DNA of 59,790 bases, the filler included, from Platydemus manokwari (taxonomy: Eukaryota): the NCBI GenBank assembly GCA_037951405.1. It is 6 parts of 6 records of this genome, joined end to end, with 100 filler letters (N's around TTAATTAATTAA, not from the genome) between each part and the next. Parts side by side here need not be neighbours in the genome. Positions count along the whole stretch, not along the records: positions 1 to 9,158 come from JBBMOY011290873.1; positions 9,259 to 18,300 come from JBBMOY011308539.1; 4 more parts are not named here. One strand, given 5' to 3'. A program made the position numbers and the translations under genes. Under the pieces are notes generated by a model that saw only the letters and a program-made list of their open reading frames with translations, was not told the DNA's origin and searched no databases. Position 1 is the stretch's first letter. Each line of letters starts with the position of its first letter. Positions 1 to 12,578 of the stretch are shown here, piece after piece.

Positions 1-3000
1 ATTATTTTTCTATCTATTATTATTATTATTGTTATTATTATCTTTATTTTTATTTTTATTATCATTATTAATAATATTATAATTGTTATTTTTATCATTA
101 TTATCATTATTACTATTAATATTATTATTGTTGTAGTTAATATTTTATAGTTTAATAACAACGCTTCTTTATAAGGTGTATACATTTTACCTAAAATCAA
201 TAAAGAATTCACGTTAATACGTAAACAAATCTGCCATCAAATCGTCATAGCAATCATGTGAAGTAGGTCAAAGTTGATTGAGATATCTCATCCGCCTATT
301 AGGAAGAACAGTCATCATGTAACCCTGTTTGGTGTCAAATATTTTTCAGGGGATTGAAATCTATGAATTCAGCATTTAAAAATCAATATTTTTAGTCATT
401 CAATCAAATTTCTGTTGAATACGTCTGTGTTTGTTTTGTTGATATGTAATGAAAACAAAGTTCAAGTATAATTCTACATTTTTTAAAAATAAAATGTAAT
501 CGTTAAATAGTTCCGAAGATATTCTAGATAACTTGTAATTCAATCTCGATTTTATAATTTTTCATATTCTTGATTTATCAAATTATTTACAATGTCACAC
601 TCGATCTAGGCTCAACTATTATTAAAATCTATAATAATAATTTAATATCGTTTATGAATAATTATTATAATGATTATTATAAAATAAATAATAATAGCAA
701 AAATCGTTTTCAAGTTCTGATAAACCATTTTTAAGTAATAAAATTAAAAAAATGTTATTTATTTGAGAGTTGTAGTTAAATATACTTTCTGGGGTTGGAT
801 TTCTTAATTTGTTTATTTTCGTATTTAATAAAACATTTGGAGCAAACATTGGTTTATCTTCTGGATTCAAGTTACTGGAATTATTTGAGTTGTCAAATTT
901 AAAGTGTGATATTTATTCCAAATTCGTGTTTATTGATTGGAATTCACTGTATGCCAGTTGCTCACAATAATCGTTTATAATAATAAATAAAATTATAATA
1001 ATACATAATAACATATATTGTCATGAAGTGTGTATATAAACATAACAATAATATTGAGCAATAATATGTTTGCACGGGAAACCATAATAATAACAAATTA
1101 AATGTTGGATCTATAATTCAATCATATAAGAACTCGAGTTATTAAGATTCGTTACATCACATTGTGTTCACTAAAATATTAAAAATAAAACCTCATTATT
1201 ATTATTATTGAATGGATTTTTTATACCTCAAAATTGTCACTGATTTCTTCAATATAATTATTTCCTCGTGGCTCACTTTTCTAATTACACCCTGGAGTCC
1301 TGTACCACCTTAGAAATTTTTATCGTAGCTTACTAGATTGAAATCACAAAGTGATCAATTTATTTCTTTATCTTTTGAAAGGAGATAATATCTGTTCTCT
1401 GTGATAAGTTCTTTTATCAACGGGATTGTTTTACAATATTACAATAACAAGCTGTATTTGTTCGATAGCCATAATACAAGCTTTGTTCCTAATTCACCGA
1501 TTGTTGCAGATTTCATAGGGTTTGTGAGCTCTAGTTGAATCTAGGAGTATTATATCAAAAAACTTTCGATCACTAACGTTTATTTTCTAAATAATTGTTT
1601 TGTTTTAATTAGTGCATTCCAGTATCCAAAGGAATTAATCTTTTATTATAAAAGATTAAATTTGAAAAATTTTATTTGTCCTCTTTCACAAAAAATGAGA
1701 TTATTATGTAGCGAGGGAGCACCTCTAAACAAAATATCTCAATATTAGATCGTACAGAACAAATGGATTTTATGAATGGTCTTTGTAGAATACTACTCGA
1801 TTCCATTAGTGTTCATAAGTTCTATGAATTCTGCAAGAATTGCTAAATTAAGAAGAACCAATGAACGACAATGTACACAAAAAGTAAACGAAATATCAAT
1901 AAACAAATAAAATATTTTCTGTGGATTCTATTAAATTTTTAAAGGAAATACATTCGAATGAACACTGGTTTGATCATTATTTAAAGTGTGTTTAGATGAT
2001 ATTTTCGAACAAACTGAATATGGCATCAATATTTTATATTTTTTCCAGACGTATATTAGCAGATTTATCAGTCTTGAAACTTTAAGATTACCTTTTATAG
2101 GCGACGCTCTGTGAAGAATCAATTGGAAGCTAACAAAGCATATAGATAAACAAATAGCTGTAAAAAGTTTTTAAGTAGCTTTATGTTACCCTGCGATGAT
2201 GTAACACCAATAACATTCTGACGTCAATGTTTATTATCCGCTGATTCTACCCATTGTGTTGTGTTCCTGTGAACTCATTTCTAACAACGATTTCGAATCA
2301 TTTTACGATTTATAATGAAATCTGAAGCACATTTTTATTATTTATTACTTGGTGACTCAGCACTTCATTTGGAATTAAATTAGTTGCTTAATCACCGTTT
2401 GTTTTAATTTCTGTTTTTTCTCATTCTTATTCTCGCATATAATATTTTATTTTCAGAAATTTTTGGAAATAATTCCACCAAAAATAGCATTTATAAAATA
2501 TAATATTTTATAAGAAATGTTTTACCCTATAAAATAAACGAACACATGACAGTGATTTTTGTATCCTCACATTTTGAGGTGTAAAATATTTTGAAAAAAT
2601 GATAAAATAGATGGTTTATTATTCGATCATCAGTCCTGCTGAGAAAGCAAGACAAGATTGTGTTCGTTACGATAAAATTATGAATGGAATACAAAAATAG
2701 AAAAGAGTAAAAGTGTTTCGGACAATAGATTGGATAAAAGAATTGTGAGCAAAACATTATTTTTGTTATATTTTAATAATGTTTGTTCTATCAATATAAA
2801 CAAGGCTTGTGTGATACAACAACAAAAATTAGGATTCAAGCACAAGAACATTTGCTTGTTAAAGATAGAAAATAATAATTTATTGAATAAATTTATGGAA
2901 AAACTATTACGAAATTTGTTTCATACCTAGATTTACATTTCAAAGTCAATGGTTTTTTGAGGTATGGTTTATAGTTACTTAGAAAAGCCCTAACCACGTA

Positions 3001-4440
3001 TAATTATATCGATTGCCACACAAGCATATAGGAAAACAATAGTTCTGAAAGAAAAACACAATAATTATAACTGCAAAACGGGCAAATTACTATAGAGAAA
3101 AAAAAATACAGAATATTATTATCAAAAATATCCTTAATATGATGTGGAAAACGATAATAGGTTGCTTTGAAAAATTATAATCTGTATTACTGAATACTGC
3201 TTATAAATAGCAGATTTCACTAACATTTCTTGACTCGTATTTTAATATTTTTGAATAGGCAGATCATTGTTAACAAAACCCTCATAAAATAAGATTTCAA
3301 TTCATAATTTTACCGAAACCATGTAATCTTTTCATCGTATCGTTGTTTTATATATATAAAAGGAAATGCTAAAAGAATAATTTTGACAATGAATTGGTGA
3401 TTTGAGTCAGATTATTTTCAATGGGCTTTTATATTAATTATTATTACACGAAATAATAATAATAATAATTATTATTGAATAATAAAATGCAAATCAAATA
3501 ATATTACAGTAGCTTTGATTGTATTTTTATTGATATTTTAATGAAACCAGTCTCTGAGGACAGAGCTTGAAAAATATTCCGATTAGATGAGTGCGATTTC
3601 TTGTCGGTAACAGTGTAGAGATCGAGAAATAAACATAATAAATATAAACGCTTAACAATTGAATATGGATTAAGATCCTGCACATATTCTCACTGACAAG
3701 CTTAGGTAGACAATTAATGTAGCTAAAATGGCTAAAATTGATGATGGAAAAGTATCATTCTTGAATTAATGACAAAATTGAAAAATTGTGACCTCATAAA
3801 GTAATTATATAATTAAAAATCAAATAATACAACCAAGCATTTCTTTTTATTGGTGTAAGAATCGGCTAGTTTTAGACGATTCTTTTGAAAGTGTTTCATC
3901 AATAATTTTTCTGATGACTTCAAAAAATTTCGCCAGAGCAACCCGAATTATTACTGAATTATGAACAAGTATATCATTTAATAGGCATTGAAAATGATTT
4001 GGAGAAATCAACCCGAAAATTATGTTCAACCACAACATTTTAAAAGATTATCGTTTGTTAAAAATATATTTATCTAAATCAATACTCTCCAATTCTCATA
4101 AATATTGAGGAGGTTATTTTGGTAAGAATTATATAAACTGTCTTATGGTTAATAGAATTGAAATATCTTTTGATGTGAATAATAGATAATTGATTATGTT
4201 GTCCAACTGTTATCATCAAGAATACTTGACAGTGACGAATTATTTATCTTATATTTATACTTAATGATGGATTGTCAAAAGTTTGGATCAGCTGAAGTTA
4301 GACTTCTATTCCTGATCAACAAATATATTCATTTTCAAATTATTTATTCGGTCCATTATTATTGCAAGTTACTAGTGTTTTATAAAGCCCACATTGAAAA
4401 CTAATTCAAAACTAACGACATCAAATTATATATTTGATTA

Positions 4441-5640
4441 TTGGGTTGGTGTATGAATTTGTGCGATTTTATTTGGAAAGAAAACACACCGACTTCTTGT
4501 TTTAACTGATTTGAGTTGTATTCGTTCAGCTGAATTATTTATTTAAATCAATTTAGATAAAAATGGACATTTCCGGCATCTACTCCTTCTATCTTTTAAT
4601 CAACATTTAAACGCTGCAGAAGCCACCAGAATGATTTGTTGCGTTCATGGAGAAAAAGCAATCAGTGAACGAACAGCACAAAAGAAGTTTTCGAAATTTA
4701 ACAGTGGAAATTTTGATTTCAGCGATGCACCTCGGTCAGGTCAACCTAGTTACTTTGATGAAGACTGTTTGAACCAATTGATTCATGTTGATCCACGTCA
4801 ATCGGCACGAATACTTGAACAAGCCATGGATTGTGATCATACCACTATTTCTCGACATCACAAGAAAATGGAAACAGTTCAAAAGCTTGGATTATAGGTA
4901 CCTCACTTTCTCAAAGAAAGTCACAAAAATCAACGTGTTTCGATTTCTACATCTTTATTCGTTCACCATCAATCTGATGTGTAGCAACATCAATCTTTCA
5001 TTTCCGGAATCATAACGAGTGATGAAAAAAGGTGACTGTATGTAAATTTGAAGCACAAATCTTTTTCTGCGTTTGGCGGTACCAAGTTAGTTTTATTCAT
5101 TACGAATTCTTACGAATCAATGCCTAATTTTATTGTGAACAACTCAAGCAACTTAACACTGCAATCAAAGCGAAGAGGACCAATAAGAAGAAGATAATTT
5201 TACAGCACGACGATGCTCCGCCTCATGGCGCCACAATGAAGAAGTTAGCCACTGAAAAACTTGGCTGGGAAGTTCTTCCCCATTCTTCATATTCACCCGT
5301 ATTAGCCCCAACAGATTTTCATCTTTTGCGCTCCATGTCGAGCCATCTCTCTGGTCTCACATTTGAAAACGAAGAAGCAATAGCAACGTGGATTGTCTAA
5401 TTTTCGACCAAAAATTACCAAGCTTCTTCACGCGTGGGATAGACAAACTGTGAGAGCGGTGGAAGGAAGTGATCGATTGTGTCGGAAAATATCTCATCGA
5501 TTGAGACTGAGATATATGTTTTTTCTAATGATTTCATAAATTCATTTTGTTGTCTAGAATTTTTTGCATGATTTTTATTCTTGACCAATATGCATTTTTC
5601 ATTATTGTAAAATACTGCACGAACTTATGCATCAACCCAA
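4441..5640 (+). mobile_element. Mariner (DD34D) DNA transposon, near full-length, inactive
   Basis: Left TIR TTGGGTTGGTGTATGAATTTGTGCG (4441-4465). Right TIR reverse complement is TTGGGTTGATGCATAAGTTCGTGCA (5616-5640), 19/25 identical. TA on both flanks (4439-4440, 5641-5642). 1200 bp long and encloses a mariner transposase pseudogene. Confidence 0.95.
4553..5504 (+). pseudogene. Mariner transposase pseudogene
   Basis: Hand translation shows HFRHLLLLSFN and DAPRSGQP (HTH region), *VPHFL (WVPHEL), ITSDEKR*LYVN (TGDEKW), LQHDDAPPH (HDNARPH), and YSPVLAPTDFHLLRSM (YSPDLAPSDYHLF). There are 34 residues between the 2nd and 3rd catalytic Asp. In-frame stops, frameshifts and an apparent internal deletion after LYVN. 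Confidence 0.93.
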
Positions 5641-6019
5641 TACAATTATATAAACAACTTAATACAATTTTATATGAAACCTAAATTGAATCTTTAAAAA
5701 TGCTCACAATTATTTCGATACGTTCACTGAAAACCGAGTTAAATTTTTATAAGTCTGGGGCTTCTAATACTTATATTTTGTTTTTGTGCCTTCCTTCTCA
5801 AACAGATAGTTAGATTTATAACTGTGTTTTGGAATAATTACTTGATTTATATTATATTTTTAACTCTGATAAAGATGGTCTGCTTAATTACTATTTTGTA
5901 TATGGGTTTTTATTTAGAATCCTTGTAAGATAATCGATTATTGAATTTCTTTTATAATTAATCAATAATAATATTAATAACCATCTTTGAATGACTATTA
6001 TTTTGTTACAAATTCACAA

Positions 6020-6950
6020 TAGCTTTGCTTTTTATGTGGTTTATAAGTTCGATAAAACCCTCACATGCTTGGTTACAATCCGAATGTTAAATGCAGGAAT
6101 ATGTTGTAAATCTTTAAATGCTGGATCATTCTTATTTTCGATAACATTTTAAAAGAAAAATTATGTTCATCAAATAAAAAGTAGCAGTGCTATGGTTGCC
6201 ATCGAATTTCACAGAAAATCAACATCCTCTGCCGAAGCTCATTGAAAAATTCGTAAAGTAGAAACTATAATTTATAAAAGACAGTTAATTTTAGGGTTAT
6301 TGCTAAAATATTCTCATCGATTATTTGAAGTCTTCAAAAAGTACAAATTTGGAGTCTGCAACACGTATTTTGAAAAAAATGGTATTTATAAAAATTCCTT
6401 ATGTTCCAGTAAGTGAGTTAAACGGGTATTAAGCAAATTAACTGATAACATTTCTGCCATGTTGTTGTTTATTGAAGAAGGAAATTCCTAAGTAAATACA
6501 CAAGATAATCAGAAGAATTGTAATCTCATTGAATGAGTCCGAATACAAGTGGAGGTGTGTTAAAATGCTACTATAAGACTTGATATGATGTGCTCGACTA
6601 ATGGACGATTTTTCGTTTAATAAAATTCTTTATACAGACAATTGTCTTGACTTGCAGAGAATTTTTTATTTATGCTAAACAAGAATGGTAATTTCTCAGC
6701 TTAGTTTCAGAACGATGAACTCTATTTCATGGGTGATTATATCAGTAATTTGCATTTTATATTGATTGAAGTGATCATCTGAAAAGGCCTTTCAGTCTCT
6801 TCAGACATGAATTCGAGTGGATTTTTTCTCTTTATGGACATTTGAAGCCCATGATGTATGAGGGAAAACAGATTCAGAACATTAATAATTTCAATTATCA
6901 TGTCACGCCATTGCAACCTTAAATGCAACTATGTTTTAAAATGGTCGTCA
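6020..6950 (+). mobile_element. Possible heavily decayed piggyBac-like transposase remnant
   Basis: Scattered fragments in the expected order: LIFDN (~6131, cf. xxxDNxF), NTSGGV (~6542) and RLDMMCS (~6577) (cf. YNxxKGGVDxxDQM). No TIR or TTAA ends identified. Confidence 0.25.
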
Positions 6951-8251
6951 TTAGTAAGAGTTTTGAAGTGTGTTTCATCTAATAGCGTATACATAACGGC
7001 AATATTGTTCGTCATAAGACAGATTTTCCTTACGCACTGAAATATATATTAGAAGTGTTTTCAAAGTCAGACCATGAACATGGCTTTTTTTACTGTCTGG
7101 ATTGATATATAGAAAATATCATGATTTATTCATCTCTGAACGCTGAATCCAAAACTTATCTAAAGAAAACATCAATGAATGATGACTAAAAGCCGGATTA
7201 TTCAAGAATATAATTTCTGAAATAAACGTTAAAAACTGATAACATTTATTAAGACATGTGATGATAATATGCGAAAGTAAAATCTATGATAAAAATGCAC
7301 TTCTTCAAAATCTCTTTAAAAATTATATAAAACGAAAAGAACCAATGTGTTAACAATTATAATAATGCATATTAGAGATTTGATGATTTTAATAATAATA
7401 ATAATTAATAATAATCCAAAGTTGATAACGGTTTTAACATTAAATGATCTGTTTATACAAGAGAGGAGGGGTAGTGCTCACTAGACATCTTTTTGAAATC
7501 TGGGAATTAAGGTTCTCCAATGGGATCTTTCCCGTAGAAAATATTTAATAAAATGTTTTATCAGGCATCTTAATAAATGGATTTCACAGAAAATGTTTAT
7601 GAGGTTTCTGTAAATCATAAAACAATATATTAATAAAATTGGTATTGTTAAACAATGTAGACCATTCGAAACTTTCGTTTTCAAAGCCGAAAATTTCAAA
7701 TCAATTTGAATAGGTTTTAAAAAATATTTTTTTCACTCTCTATCCGATTTATTTCTTCACAAAAAAGGATTTGTGTTGTCAGAAATTAATCGAAAATCAA
7801 AACAATCTCCATGGCGTCAATAGAATCCACGTCAAATATCTATTGAATCAGTGTAGGTGGCGATAAAAAAAACGACGAGAAATTCTCGTAATTTTCTGAC
7901 GAAATTATCGTCGATAAGATTTCATCTGATAACAATCATTGGTTTGTTGCACAACAAATTAGACTGAATGTCTCACACAATTGCGCGGTAACAGCAAGCG
8001 TAAATATTTATAATAATTATCATTGTCACAAATGATTCTCTCTCGATGTGTCATAAATAATTGCGAAGGATTTTTATTTCCGTTTTTGCATGCCATCGAC
8101 TTGGACCAATTTTGATTTTCAATTGAAAAATTATTTTTCTTTCACGTTTTTCCAAAAACACTAGAAACAAACAGAAACCAGCATGCAACGCAGTTGTGCC
8201 GTAAATAGTAATGCCAACACCGACACACAGACACAGTTGACATTGCAATAT

Positions 8252-8339
8252 CTATAATAAATACATCAAATGTCAGAAAATTTTAATTGATTTACATAAC
8301 ATTAGCTTATTAATTCTGATTTTTTTTGGAGCTTTTTAC
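8252..8339 (-). other. Putative 88-nt spliceosomal intron of a transcript divergent from PRC1
   Basis: Minus strand reads ATGGCA|GTAAAAAG...TTTTCTGACATTTGATGTATTTATTATAG|ATATTG. The GTAAAA donor is the same as the PRC1 donor at 8855, with a CTGAC branch site about 20 nt before a T-rich TAG acceptor. Confidence 0.5.
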
Positions 8340-8456
8340 TGCCATTCCACCATGTCGGTTTGAAAACTTGTCTTCTCATAATGTTTTTATCAGATAATTT
8401 CATTTGGTTAGAAAATTAATTTCGGTATTTTCGATATATTGCAGTTGAAACTCGTC

Positions 8457-8538
8457 ATGGGATCATCGTTGATGGACGAAATCATTTCCACATGTGACAC
8501 TCATTTTCACGAATTGACAGTGATTTGGGATTATATCG
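8457..8538 (+). CDS. PRC1: Protein regulator of cytokinesis 1 (PRC1/MAP65/Ase1 family), coding exon 1
   Basis: MGSSLMDEIISTCDTHFHELTVIWDYI-G, then a GTAATT donor at 8539 (phase 1). Matches the family N-terminus LxxLxxIWxxIG (human LNHLREIWELIG). A TTGCAG acceptor at ~8444 suggests a 5'UTR intron or trans-splice site upstream. Confidence 0.85.
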
Positions 8539-8639
8539 GTAATTTATACTTGTATTATCTACTGACATTTATCAGTAAAGAATATGATTTTGATTTTTTC
8601 GAAAGAAAATTTTTGTTTATCAAAATTGTGTCGATTCAG

Positions 8640-8854
8640 GTTATGAATCAGAAGACAAAGAACGACGAATTAAAGAGATTTCGAAAACATTCAAAGACAT
8701 GCTCGATGGGGTGATTGCAAAAGAAAATCAGATCCGATTGGAAATTGAATCAGAAATCGAAAATCGTAAACGAGAAATCACTCAGTTGTGTCAACAATTG
8801 AAAATTCCAACATTTTTCCCACCGAGAGATCTTACGTCATACAATTTATTAAAA
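8640..8854 (+). CDS. PRC1: PRC1/MAP65/Ase1 family, coding exon 2 (gene continues beyond the contig end)
   Basis: After the GATTCAG acceptor (8639) it reads (G)YESEDKERRIKEISKTFKDMLDGVIAKENQIRLEIESEIENRKREITQLCQQLKIPTFFPPRDLTSYNLLK, with a GTAAAA donor at 8855. Aligns to recalled human PRC1 IPEDQRLQRTEVVKKHIKELLDMMIAEEESLKERLIKSISVCQKELNTLCSELHVEPF. Frame is consistent across the 101-nt intron. Confidence 0.88.
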
Positions 8855-9158
8855 GTAAAATCGTTAATTTGATGCGTAAAAATATTGTTCATATCGATTA
8901 GATTTTATTGATAATTATTACAACATTAACATAAACATTAACATATCTATTGAGTGAATTGATAATTGCAAAGCTACCATCAAGGGCTTATAAAGTAGTT
9001 TTATTGTGAAAGATGTTGTTAAAAAGTGGTCACAAATTTGTCAAAACAGTAAATGAAAAATTTTCTATCTTTATTAAAATTTTAATTAAAATTAATTAAG
9101 TTTAATTTAAATATTAATTAAATATTGATTGTGCAATCGCATAATGTTAATAATTATT

Positions 9159-9258
9159 NNNNNNNNNNNNNNNNNNNNNNNNNNNNNNNNNNNNNNNNNN
9201 NNTTAATTAATTAANNNNNNNNNNNNNNNNNNNNNNNNNNNNNNNNNNNNNNNNNNNN
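9159..9258. other. Artificial contig spacer (N44-TTAATTAATTAA-N44)
   Basis: 100 nt, with a six-frame stop linker between N runs. Same design occurs five times. Confidence 0.98.
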
Positions 9259-9574
9259 TCCAGAATGAAACAGTTCCACATTGATTGTATTTAAATTTGC
9301 GAGTCATTCCACTAAATTCGTGTTCAGGACAAAGCTTGCATTTGAAAAATCCATAACGTTTATCAGATATATGTTTATAAATATTGAAATGTTTATCAAT
9401 TTGTATGTTACAATCGATAAACTTTTCTGAAGCCCATTTAACAACAATCTGATGATTGATTTCACTATCTAATTCTCCAACTTGATTTTTCACAGAAGGT
9501 AGATCTCTGTCGTGAATTTCTTTACTGATTTGTATATCACAAATATTATTTTCTACAGACTTAATATCGCTCAT
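9259..9574 (-). CDS. Intronless orphan ORF (at least 105 codons, truncated by gap) with a CxxC motif; possibly from a Polinton-like or viral element
   Basis: Stop-free MSDIKSVENN...YGFFKCKLCPEHEFSG...QCGTVSFW in extremely AT-rich DNA. A-rich leader ending ATAATG. The apparent C-terminus in the ORF track comes from the spacer. Divergent from a pPolB remnant about 600 bp away. Confidence 0.45.
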
Positions 9575-10069
9575 TATGTTTGTTATTTTATTTATTTTAT
9601 TTGTTAAAAGAAAATATTAATGAAGATGAATAAATAATATCTTAAATTTATTTAAATTTTGATTGGTGGAAATTATTAAATAAATTAAATTATGTAGAAT
9701 ATATGAATTTTATAAATAAAAAATAAGTAAAAAGGAATAATTAATCAAAAACCAATGTAATTTCATATGAAAAAAGAACGGAAAATGAACGAAATAAGTA
9801 AGAATAATGGTATTGAGTCAATTCGAAATCAACCGATTATCATATATGTTCAGAATAACTTGAATTACTGAGATATAATTGATAATATTTATGTGACTTA
9901 CCATTAACCTGTATAGAAATTTCAAAATAATTAACATTTATTTATTTAAATATTCGCATGATAAATTATTGCGATAAGTTTCACTGTTACTGATTGATTT
10001 TCACTTACCATTTCTAATCTGTATTGGATATGGATAAAGATAATTGCAATCTATTTGTTGAATATGGGT

Positions 10070-10322
10070 GTAAATACTCACGGATTCAAGTTCTTCAGAT
10101 AAGAAAACCAAATCCATGAAAGATGCAGAATTTATAAAATTATAAAAAATTCTCTGAAAATCATCAACTAATGAAGTAAAATAAAATTTATCCATATGAT
10201 TATACAATATCTTTTAATAACATTATATGAAACTTGTTTATCCCCAATTGAACTTTTTTTTCAAATTAGAATTAGATGAAAAATCAGAAGAAGAATATCA
10301 AAGAGCACAAGATGTTTGTTAG
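10070..10322 (+). pseudogene. Polinton/Maverick (adintovirus-type) protein-primed DNA polymerase B fragment
   Basis: With two frameshifts, 10183-10322 reads KIYPYDYTISFNN / LYETCLSPIELFF / KLELDEKSEEEYQRAQDVC. This matches the recalled pPolB block KGVFPYDYMDSFEKLNETQLPPKEAFYSKLNDEGISDEDYEHAQKVW. Upstream ILTDSSSSDK resembles FIDSxxFxxxSLDKL. Confidence 0.75.
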
Positions 10323-10348
10323 AATATCATATTGAATTCAATTTGAAT

Positions 10349-10501
10349 TAGTATAGAATTTAATTTATATTGAATTGAGTTTTATGTTAAATTTAATGTT
10401 GTATTGAATTTGATTTTAAATTTAATTTGATTTTATATTGAATTTAAATTTTCATTGATTTTAAATTTATATTGAATTTAATTTGGTATTAAATTTTCTT
10501 T
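10349..10501. repeat. Degenerate 17-bp minisatellite (consensus ~TATATTGAATTTAATTT), about 8-9 units
   Basis: Units start in exact 17-nt register at 10366, 10383, 10400, 10417, 10434, 10451, 10468, 10485. Confidence 0.8.
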
Positions 10502-12578
10502 ATTTGTTTAAATAATTGTCTTTAAAATACAGTTGAATGTCGAGTCTTTTCAGTTTGTTTTAGATGCGTTTTTTATAAATAGTAGCGGTTTACATAAATT
10601 TTTATTAATAATGCTAGGTATAATAATGATAGTAATGAAACTAAATATACAACAAAAATACTCGATGGAGTAGAAATCTACCGATGCCTTTTGGATTCAC
10701 ACCGTTACTATAAACTACAAATTGATATAAATACTGACTCTAAGTAGCATCATTTTTATTTCAATTTTTTATAAAGAATGGAAAGTCTGAGCAAGGGTTA
10801 TGATTGATTTTAAATGTTTTTTCGAGCATCTAGTGTATTTTTAAGATTCCGGAGTAAATTAGATATTTGTCTTATAAAAGTAGAACAACTAGTTCAGTTG
10901 TGAGCTTTAGTCAGTAATACAAGTAATCATATCTGTGAGAATCTTGGAATGGATTACAAGTTTAAAGATTTAATTCAGATTTTATATAAAATAATATATA
11001 ATTACTTTATATAATTATATTTAAATATATAATTAGGTGTCGTGACTTTTCAGTTCGTTTTCAATGTGTGTTTGATAAAAAAAGTAGCGACTTACGTGGC
11101 GAGCACGTATCTGGATTTCAGTCTGAGAAGATCACTGACTGAAAATTATAGAAGAGAATGATGAAGATATTCAGCATATATAGAGATCTATAAAAACAAT
11201 ATCAAAAATAGATATCAAAAAGATTGAAGGACTGGAGATTTTTATTAGATAAACATGTAGAGTATTCCATACAGAAACAATTAAGAATACAAAGAAAATC
11301 AAAAATTTTAAAGAAAAGAAGATGTTAGAATTTTAAATGTAATAAACTTTATAGATTTATATATAAAATTATATTAATTACTTTATATAATTATATTTAA
11401 TTATATATAATTATATTACAGTACCAGTTACTGAGAACTTTATTATACGAGCAGGAGTTTCTGAGCTGGTATATCAACTGAAATTCAGGAATGCAATAAT
11501 CTTTTAAGTTAACAGCAACATTAACGAAAAATTAGGATTGTGCCTTATCTGGGTTATAAATTGCATGATATTAAATATAATAGTTTAAAATATAAATTGT
11601 TTATGTTAAATAAATCCATTCCGCACCTAAATTGAAAATGAATCAGTTAAGAAAATAAGATCACATGATATTTGAGTAGTAACAAACTTAACAATAATAA
11701 TGATAAAAATAATCATAATAATGTTTTATATAAATGAAACATTTATGATATGAGGAGTAAATTAAATAACTTAAAATAATAACAAAAGTAAATAAAGATA
11801 GTCATTGTTATTAATAAGACTTTTAATACCGAAAACATTTATTTACAATAATTAGGATGTTATATATAATCTTATTTGTGATGATGTAAACGTGCCATGG
11901 TTAATAGCAACTGTTAATTGCGCATTCACTAATCATTATGCAATCAACCAAACATACAAACCATACATACAACATTTACATTACCATTTACAAATCTACT
12001 TCACGCTTATCATAATAACAATCTACTTCACCAACCAGAGAGCTCAGTACCAAAAACATGAGCCAGTCGTTGAATAATTACCTTGATAATATTATTAAAA
12101 TGAAACCAATGAGTTCGAAAATATCACAAATTAACGAACTCATTCGTACCAATGGGAAGACAAATGCATTTCATATTTTTAAAACAATAAAATATAAAAT
12201 TCCAAATTTGCCTTTAATGAATCAGAAAACGGAAAAAATACGAATAAATTTGAATTGTGTTCTAATTACAGTTATTAATGTCAGACCATTGGTTAAATTA
12301 GCTGAAAACTCAAGTTAAATCAATCTATTCATGTATTCGAATCGGTTTAATTTAGTCGACTCGAGTTCTTGTTTTGAAATTGAATTCATTCTTACAAATC
12401 AGATATATTTTAATGATAAAAATTGAGTTAATAACACATTTTATTGCCAAATCCAATCAAGAGTGCAGATCAAAATTTTCTAATTCATTACAATTTCATT
12501 TAATTCACACTTTCCATTAGAAATTTTTAGATACAATAAATGTTTTTAATAATTTGGTTAGATTTCGAATGTGTATGG

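Noticed and set aside
900-2900. Faint gypsy RNaseH/integrase (minus) and Tc1 (plus) traces
   Set aside because: Only 3-5 residue resemblances amid many stops; not supportable without a profile search.
7975-8000. CGCGGTAA match to SSU rRNA as a snoRNA guide or rRNA fragment
   Set aside because: Only 8 nt and no properly placed C/D boxes.
9203-9214. Recurring TTAATTAATTAA as a biological repeat or CRISPR-like unit
   Set aside because: Always embedded in N runs; it is an assembly linker.
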